Positions 55,773 through 64,000 of a stretch of DNA of 64,000 bases are shown piece by piece; the first letter of the stretch is position 1, and each line of letters begins with the position of its first letter. Below the pieces are notes generated by a model, which ran no database searches, was not told where the DNA came from, and worked only from the letters and a program-made list of their open reading frames with translations. The stretch is from Amoeboaphelidium protococcarum X5 (taxonomy: Eukaryota; Fungi; Aphelidiomycota), in the NCBI GenBank assembly GCA_023515725.1, contig JALDTO010000247.1:124001-188000 (forward strand), given 5' to 3'. A program made the translations under genes and the position numbers.

Positions 55773-58103
55773 TCACTGTTAATATTCTTGATAGTAGTAT
55801 GACTAATATGGATCTTGTTATTGACGATATCCATGATAATAATCGCGATTTTAGTGTCGCTGGCCAGGAGCATATTCAACAGAGCGATCACGGCCTTATT
55901 AGCTTTAATAGTTGCTCTAATAAGTCTAACTTGGAGATCTCGATCGATACTATTTGCGCTAATGCTGATCATACTAATGATACTTATCCACAGATTAAGA
56001 TGCATGCCGCGGATTATTGCTGCCAGACTCTCTAGACCTGACGGTATTAGATACTGATGGAGATCGCTATCTCTTGACATTGCCGTTTTAACTGTTATAA
56101 TCACGCCTGCTACTCTTTGGTGGTGGAGGCTTCAGACGATCCAGATCCTCCTAGTTAAATTCCTGACCATCAATCTTTATGAGATAGTCATTCAGATCCT
56201 CCATTTCCCGGTCATAAGCTGGCCATGTCCAAGCAGGAGGCTCTCTCGGGTGTTTATCCAGTTATGCCGACACGCTGCGGGGAGAGTCCATGCGATCTCC
56301 ACTCTCTACCATTGAGCTCTAATCTCCACCAGCAGAGTGTCGAGACATGAGAACATGACAGTTTTTCATTTCGCTCAATACTCGCACAAAATACTTGGAA
56401 TCGTAAATTCTGGACCTGTCATCTGTAAAATCATAAATCGCTATTCTACCAGAAGGATGAGGTTCAAAGTGAGGATCGAATCTCAACCGCGCAAGTTCCG
56501 CACTGTTATTGCTCACATGCACAGGCAAGCCATCGGGACCGCACTTGTAAGGCAAAGCTACACCGTTGTAGAAAGCTGTATATTCTTTCGTATTGTCATT
56601 CATCTTAATTACAACATTGTCACCCATACTGCTATTGTACGACACTTTACCGCCGAGTGTTGTGGTACCATCATCACCACTATCGGTGCCGGCAGTTTTT
56701 TTCAAGTATTACGCCACGAATCTCAAGTGTAAATCAACCTGTGCGCGCATAGGCTTATCTGTGATAAGAGAATCAAAATCAACTTCTTTATTACAATTCG
56801 GACAATGCATAATTACTTGCTAGTTATTAACGTCTTACACGGCAGACTCAGTCAGTTTTTACTATATACATTGCAGGCAGTATTTCTGTTTACAGCAGTC
56901 CATGTTCACAGCTTCTTTGAATAGATTAGCGCATATAGAACACATGAGATTACTCTTCATGAAGCGCCCCTTTTCCTCAACTCCGCTCTCTTCCAGCTAC
57001 TTGGCCTATTCACGTAGAGTATCATTCATAAGTCCACCACCAGCTCTACTACTCATCATTGCGTCTCCAGCACGACGGAGCTATCTATTGAACGATGCGT
57101 CATTGACTTGAGCAATTACAACTTGGCCTTCAGGTGTGATCATTATAGATTTGGCTCCCATCTCCTCCAACTTTTATGGATTCAGGGAACTAGCGTCCAT
57201 CGCTTTAACTCCTCCATTATCTTCACCATCCCCTTCAGCACCGGCGCCCGTGAAATTAGAGTCTGTGATATTACCAATAGTCTTCAAGAAAGATCGGGGA
57301 ATACCGGTGGTCTTCTTGATGCGAATGTTATCGAAAGCAGGATTATTCCAAGTGGGACAGAACTGAATATAATGACCTTTAATTCCACAGCGATGACAAG
57401 TATAGTTTGGCGGTGGAGGCTTATTTGGGTCGAGGTGAGTGTTCTAATACTATCCAGTTCTACCAGTGCCTGCTGCTCTATTGCCTTGCATCATCATATT
57501 TTACATTTTACCTTGTTAACTCTGACCAATCTATGACTGCTGTTAATCCCATTACTAGCCAGACTACTCGAACAGCTACCTGATCTAATCTTCTTCAGTC
57601 TCACCTTGAATTAATCCCCTTTTGACTTGCTGTGATTAAGTAAACTGATTAGCAGCAGATGAAAGACCAGGAAGTCCATAGAACTGAGGTTATTAAGGTG
57701 CCGCTGATGACTGGCCAGTTATATTACCACCCAGACCAGGTAGAGAGGAAGAACCAAACTGTGCAAGAGATGGCAAACCACTCTGCATCACACTCTGTTA
57801 ATCTCGACCGCTAGTGGATGCATTCTAATCACTCAATCCAGCTAGATATCTCGCTGCACTATGCGGCGCCTTGGCAGGAACTCTTCGAACATACAGCGAT
57901 GCATTTCGCTGAATCATCTAACTATCCTCATAATAGATAGTCTCACTGGCAGCATCCTACAACTCCAAATCAAAGTCTACACCATCCAGCTTCTGCTGCA
58001 ATAGAATCTCCCGCTTCACATCAAAGACACTGATACTGAGTCCATCAAACACAATTGTCTTGTACTCTCGTTAACTCTTAAATTTGTAAAATATTTTAGA
58101 CAT
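55773..58103 (-). CDS. MPE1: Mpe1/RBBP6 cleavage-polyadenylation factor (DWNN, zinc knuckle, RING), ~776 aa
   Basis: MSKIFYKFKS(Q)REY..FDGLSISVFDVKREI, CHRCGIKGHYIQFCPT, KKTTGIPRSFL, CAICANL..CC..YCLQCI. Confidence 0.92.
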
Positions 58104-58289
58104 ATTAATTAAATATATAAAACTGCAATACTAAGACAAAAGTTAGAATGAGATAATACAAGAGGAAGTTCAATTGCAAGAGAAAGAGAAGAAAAGATCC
58201 CGCTCGCAATTCTTAAGCTTTAGAAAGGGGGATGTCTCGTCACAATAGTTAAAATCTAGTGCCATATCACATTAAAATTTACCCACTTT

Positions 58290-58350
58290 GTAGAGCATCT
58301 CAGGCTGATCTGTTGAAAACTACAGATTTCGACTGAAAATCGGTTGAAAA
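58290..58350. repeat. Dispersed copy of part of the 177/178-bp satellite monomer, at the 3' flank of the MULE
   Basis: 58301-58350 matches the 178-bp monomer start at 42/50 positions without gaps (counted by eye). Confidence 0.85.
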
Positions 58351-58364
58351 AATCATCATAGAAA

Positions 58365-60320
58365 TCAAGCCCTGTCACTTAACCCACGGCCACGGCCATT
58401 TTTCGATGTATATTTCCTTTCGCTAGCAGTCATATTACGACGATATCTTGGACGGCCGTAAGCAGTCGTCAAAGGACTTAACGCTACTTCTTCTTGGGTC
58501 AATTTGAAGGCCTTTTGCATGATAAATCTTGCAGCTGGACTTTACATAGCAGTTTGAGCCATATACACGCTTTTCGCTCTACAGTCTTGCGCAGAACTCT
58601 GGAACTTCTCAATGGACTCATCGACTTCATCGTATTACTCGGAATCAACCAGAAAAGAAGCTCTTTCCATCATGGAATTCCATTAAATGACGTATTCAGT
58701 ACCAACACCATTCAAATCAAAATTGACTCGTACGGCTTTAAACGGCGTTTGCCGGTACCATCTAGGGTTACTAGTATTCTCCACGCAAAGTTCTATATTC
58801 TTCTCCAACAAAGCTGTCAACACGTGCCGGCATGGCAATACTTTGTTCGTCTTATAACGACAGGTACAGTACATACATAAGTACCATCATCATACACAGA
58901 CACGGTATTGATCTTGCCAGATATGCTGTGAGCAATAGCCAACACAGATTAAACATTCAATGCTGCTGTAGATAGTACAACACCATCATCATCACATTAT
59001 ACCATGTCGCTCTGTGTCAGTGCTTCAACATTATCAAAGATTTTCACAACAAATTCCTCTATGTTCAAGGTTGACATGAAGTTGACAATATTTTCAGCAG
59101 AGACACTCAGTCTACCAGAACGAGAAAAGATGAATTCCTTGTTAGTAAATTTCTAATTAGATTGAGCCATCCTTGCTAGTATTTTAGCGATTGGAGTAAC
59201 AGAAGTGAATCGTGTTTAAAGTGATATGGCAGCAACCATTGTGCTGTCCATATCCTCCCTCGTACTCCGCCAAGTTATCAGAGCACCACCTGTAAAAGTC
59301 GTCTAACATGTATTCTTGATAATTTCACCTTAATATGGGTAAGAAACTCTTGTCCAACAAATCATTAGATTAGACGATTAACTTTGCATCCGCAAACGAA
59401 GATACTTCAGATTATGTTGCTGAATTCTCGAAGGCCTCTTGAAATAGGAACACAGCAACAATACATAGCAGCATCTCCCATTTAAACCAGAACTAAATTC
59501 AATGCCAAACATATATAAAAATCAAGAATGCTTTTTGATAATGCCTATCCAATGCTATTAAAATATCTACTTTAAGATTACTTCGTTTTACTCTGATCCT
59601 TCTCACGCCAAACAGATGAATGCTCATAGTTAAACTTGAATTAAGAGGTGTGATCTCCTAAAATTACTTTTAACAATTTACTTTCGGCATTGAGTAATCT
59701 GGATAACACAGAGTTCAGACTTTCCGCCCAAGAGGTACTAGTCAAATCTAACGTGAATGCTGAGCTCATTGCCCATATAGGTCATTTCTTCAAATTACGT
59801 CCACCTAAAGCGCGTTTCCAATATGTAGAGCATTGTGGATTATCCTAAAGAAATTTCCCCCCACTAAGACCTGAATCCCCCCCCCCTCTGTGTAGATCTT
59901 TATTGGTTGTTCGCACAGATTTCAACTTACACAAGAAACATGTAAGGATAAATGCAAAGTCACATCTCTAATACTTGTCAGACGGATAAACTCTTGCTCA
60001 AACGCATCGTAATTTGCAACCAGCTTACGGCAGTTACGAGCCAGATTCTACTTAAGATGAAACATACATAGATAATGATTAACTCCATATATAGAATCCA
60101 GGCCATTTGCAAAAGCTAAATCGCCATCTGTGGACACAGTAGATGGGGTTCCAACCAGCATTATCTCGTAGCCAGAAGTGAAGAGAAAACGTTAGAGTCC
60201 TCTTTAAATAGCAGATCTGCCCCGCCAAAACGCAAACTACCATCCTGGATCTTGTACCACCACAGTTGCCAGTATCATACCAAAGTAATTATTATTAATA
60301 CAATATTGAAAGACGGATAG
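58365..60320 (-). pseudogene. Decayed Mutator/MULE (FAR1-like) transposase with SWIM zinc finger
   Basis: PSTVSTDGDLAF..HYLCMFHLK(Q)NL (second D and CxxH), FTLDLTSTSWAESLNSVL (catalytic E), SWIM CTCRYKTNKVLPCRHVL, C-terminal GRPR; in-frame TGA at 59782-59784 plus frameshifts. Confidence 0.85.
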
Positions 60321-60908
60321 CTGATTGACAAAACCGCGATATAGCTCTCTATTACCAGCATACTAGTCTGGCAGTACTAGCTTGAGTTTGGGAACTTCTG
60401 GACGAAAACCAGCAGTGGTTTGCAGGGTATTGCGCAAACTTTAGTTTTTAGTTGTACTATCTATTCTATTTACACAGAGGTGGACAAACTTTAGTTTTCA
60501 GTCTGCAACACTAATGCAAAACGTTCAGCATCTCTACGTTCACTTCATCTAGAGTCTGAGATCTTTGATCGCTCATGATCGTGTTAAGTGTTATACTGCA
60601 GCAAGTAATAAGTAATACTGTATGTTGCAACAACCAGAAGACAATTAGACAAGGTTCACTAGAACAGACAACAAAGATGAATAAGTAAGACGTGTAAATA
60701 GGTAAAAAAAACAATACCAACACGATGATCGTAAAAGAAGGATGTTCTCAAGTATCGATGATGACGACCACAAATCCAAACTTTTGCAGCGCTTCTATCA
60801 TCTGTGGAGTCAGCAGCCAGTAAACGGAATGCAGTGCCATCTATGCTCAGAGTCAAGTTGACACTCAGTCATCCAACAAAATGTCCAGACTCTCATACCT
60901 TAAGAACA
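60318..60908 (-). mobile_element. Truncated LTR retrotransposon: putative 5' LTR (~60582-60908) plus Ty3/Gypsy-type gag fragment (ATG 60576)
   Basis: A TGTT...AACA-bounded ~330-bp segment followed directly by a frameshifted coiled-coil and PKLKLVLPD(Q)YAGNRELYRGFVNQL, resembling the Gypsy/PEG10-type gag motif (LPe.fdG....RGFlnQ). Confidence 0.65.
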
Positions 60909-61148
60909 ATTTTAATAATTAACATTAGTAGTGTCTGCAATGACCTTTACAACCTGTAACGGGCGGGGAGAAGATCGATCATCAGGAATCTCTCTCAGTC
61001 TGTCAATGGACGAGAAGCTTCCAAAGAGAAGCGCGCGAGAGAAAAATATTCAAAAGTACTCTGTTGACTATTTGGTTGATAGAGAGCATCGTGGTAGCGT
61101 TAATTCGAAAAGCTTTGCGGGTACATCTACAGTAATAGTCAATAGAAT

Positions 61149-63545
61149 ATGAAGAGAAAATCTGGACTGAGTTAGTCGATAATTAGACGCGTCATTCCTC
61201 TGATTGAACAATATAAATCAGTTTCTACTGGGGAAGATTAATCTCTATGGACGGACGCGTAATTCATGACTGATTACCTTCGCGAATCCCTATCAGTATC
61301 CATGTCTCCATCGCTATCATCCGCTGATATTGGTGTCATAAAACGTATGAAGCGCGCCTAGCTGGTGAACATTGTCTCTGATGCCATTAAATTGCTTAAA
61401 GTATCTCAGTAATAATCTATTGAAGACAGCGGTAATAGTGATAGCGAGGCTGAACAATTACAGGAAGATTGTTGGGATGAGCCGTTGTATGAGATGGAGA
61501 ATGAGACGTAATTATAAAATGGTAGTTCATCATAGCCTGTTGCCACTAAATCATTGAATCAATAAATTGTGGAGAGTTATTAAAAGGCTGCCTCTAAATC
61601 GATAGTAGCTGATAGCGGCGACTAAGCTCAGAGTGTACCAGTAATAGTAGAGACCAAGTAGTAGCGCGTTAGAAAGAAGATCAAGATCTAGAGTGACAAA
61701 CCGGCTGCTGATAAACAAGACACTATCCCAGTGTTAGATCCTCCAGCAGATAGATATTCTGATATGGGCGGGATCCGGCATATAATCTAGTAAATACGCG
61801 AACTGATAGAAGCTCCACTTCTACATCCTGAAGTGTATCGCCACTTGAATGTTGAATTTCCGCGCGGTATCCTTCTGCATGGTGTTGGTGGTGTAGGTAA
61901 GACGAAGCTGGCTTTTGCAATCGCTGGTGAGAGCGGACTACCATTTATTCAGATTAATGCTCCGTCCATAGTAAGTGGAATGAGCGGAGAGTCTGAGAAG
62001 AAGATTAGAGATATATTTCAACATGCCAAGAGCATAGCACCGTGTTTGATTTTTATTGATGAAATCGATGCCATCACACCTAAACGTGAGAATGCTCAGA
62101 GAGAGATGGAGCGACGTATAGTGGCATAATTGATTAGCTGTATGGATGAGTTGTATTAGGAGGAGTTGAGTGATAAGCCGGTCATAGTGATCGGTGCAAC
62201 GAACAGAGTAGAATCGCTCGATCCATCTCTGCGTAGAAATGGTAGATTTGATAGAGAAATTTGTATTGGCGTACCTGATAAAGATGCCAGGCGTGAGATT
62301 CTTGAAATAATGTGCTCACGGCTGCGTCTTGGATCTGAAGTTGATCTAAACTGGTTGTCTCTCAACACTCCCGGCTATGTCGGAGCAGATTTAAAGTCTT
62401 TGTGCACAGCTGCTGGAATGAACGCTGCTAAGAGAATATACATCAGACTCGGTCGTACTATTAATTCTGAAGACGCCGGAGACAATATGCAGACTGATCA
62501 CCCGTAGTTATAGGTGTAGTCACATAATCCAGACATTGACACGTAACATTTGTACGCTTTCTTAACTGAGAATCGATAACAGTTGTAGCAAGATGTGTTG
62601 GAGACATTATATATAGAGATGAACGATTTTTAATAGGCTCTAAAGACGGTATAACCATCTTCTAAGCGTGAAGGATTTGCCACCGTGCCAGATGTGACTT
62701 GGCGAGATATTGGAGCTCTGTCACACGTTCGCCAGGAATTGAGACTGAGTGTAATTGAGCCCATTAAACACCCAGAGTTGTTCAAACGCGTCGGTATTAA
62801 GAGATCGGGAGGTGTGTTGTTATATGGCTGCCCCGGAAATGGTAAGACCCTGCTGGCCAAGGCTGTCGCCAATGAGAGTCATTGTAATTTCATATCTGTA
62901 AAAGGACCAGAACTGTTGAACAAGTACGTGGGAGAGAGTGAGAAAGGTATTAGGTAGGTATTTGCCAGAGCTCGCCAATCGTCACCTTGCATCATATTCT
63001 TTGATGAACTGGATGCGTTGTGCCCTCGTAGAGGTACCGGTTCTGATTCTTAGACATCTGAGCGTATTGTCAATTAGTTATTAACAGAGATGGATGGTCT
63101 GGAGGAGAGGAAAGATGTCTATATAATAGCAGCTAGTAATCGACCTGACATTTTGGATAGAGCCATTCTTAGACCGGGACGATTTGATAAATTGCTCTAT
63201 GTCGGTCTGCCTTCGGTTGATGAACGCGCTGATATCTTGCGAACTCTATCCAAAAGCATTCCATTCCATGAGAATGTGGACCTTAAAGCTATAGCAGCCA
63301 TGAAGGAGTGTGACAGATTTAGTGGTGCTGATCTGAGTGCTTTATTGAGAGAAGCTGGATTTAATGCACTGAAGAAGGCCCTTACAATGTTCGATAATGG
63401 ACACTCCACTGTTGATACGGAAATGTCCTCCTCAATAACAGTGTGCATGTAAGATTTTGTAAAAGCATTCTAATCTGTGCGACCATCCGTCTCCATGAAG
63501 GATTTGGAGAACTATGAGAGAATCCACTAGCAGTTGAGTAAATGA
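61149..63545 (+). CDS. RIX7: Type II AAA-ATPase Rix7/NVL, ~798 aa
   Basis: [37 protein letters not shown](Q)[42 protein letters not shown]. Confidence 0.95.
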
Positions 63546-63587
63546 AACTGAAATAGATCGTACTGTAAACGAGATAGGATAGGGTGT

Positions 63588-63998
63588 TTATTGCATTTTA
63601 CAAGTCTTATCGCCATCTTCTCTCGCCATAAAATTAGGAGGCTTGGAACGTCCAATAATACTAAAACCACTAGATTGTCTCTTGTGGCTATTGCCCTGCA
63701 ACATTTTCGCAGCTATATTGCTACTGTTATTGTTAGCTACTGGAGCCTGCTCACTACTACCAGTATTAGTACTACCAAAACTATTACCGCTGTTGGCAGA
63801 GTGCTATCTCGACAACCGTCTAAGGAAGCGTTCAGCAATCGGCGCCTTCTCAATCTATTTAGATGGAACCGGCTTTCTCTCACGCTTGGCCAATTCCACC
63901 ACGGAACTTCTTCTAAACTTGTGAGGCATATCTTCAAACATCTACTCTAAATACGGAATCAGTGTGGTATCGTACGCGAAATCAGGGTTGCTAATCTC
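63588..63998 (-). CDS. 3' end of an LKB1/STK11-like kinase, ending in CaaX-like CKMQ followed by TAA
   Basis: DTTLIPYLE(Q)MF resembles the LKB1 post-kinase motif (TVVPYLE); basic RRLS motif; terminal DKTCKMQ resembles LKB1 CKQQ. The kinase domain would lie outside the window. Confidence 0.6.
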
Positions 63999-64000
63999 TC

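Noticed and set aside
61877-61905. Atypical Walker A (GVGGVGKT) in Rix7 D1
   Set aside because: It still fits GxxGxGKT; ordinary divergence.

Overview
Gene-dense eukaryotic nuclear DNA: about 29 CDS, mostly single-exon, with a few 56-78 nt GT-AG introns. It does not use the standard genetic code. In-frame TAA/TAG fall at invariant Gln positions in many conserved proteins, so the supplied ORF track is fragmented, and genes only become intact when read as TAR=Gln, TGA=stop (table 6). The fungal-like gene content plus this code suggests an aphelid such as Amoeboaphelidium protococcarum (inference). Recognisable genes: DBT, GCD1, CTK1, SSK2-like MAPKKK with an N-terminal BRCT-like domain, ALG9, Mto1/centrosomin-like, a multi-domain RGS-RhoGEF, BSP peptidase, TAH18, MIM2-like, POP1, SAL1, YIF1, GCKIII kinase, an expansin-like protein, PRP43, RIM2, PEX16, TVP38, MPE1, RIX7 and the 3' end of an LKB1-like kinase. 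Non-genic features: a ~5 kb array of 177/178-bp monomers built from shuffled modules, and a decayed MULE joined to an LTR/gag fragment; the MULE 3' flank is homologous to the satellite monomer. The most notable observation is that two genes (SAL1 and LKB1-like) appear to terminate at TAA although TAA is Gln internally, hinting at a context-dependent dual-meaning codon. All translations were done by eye and no searches were run.
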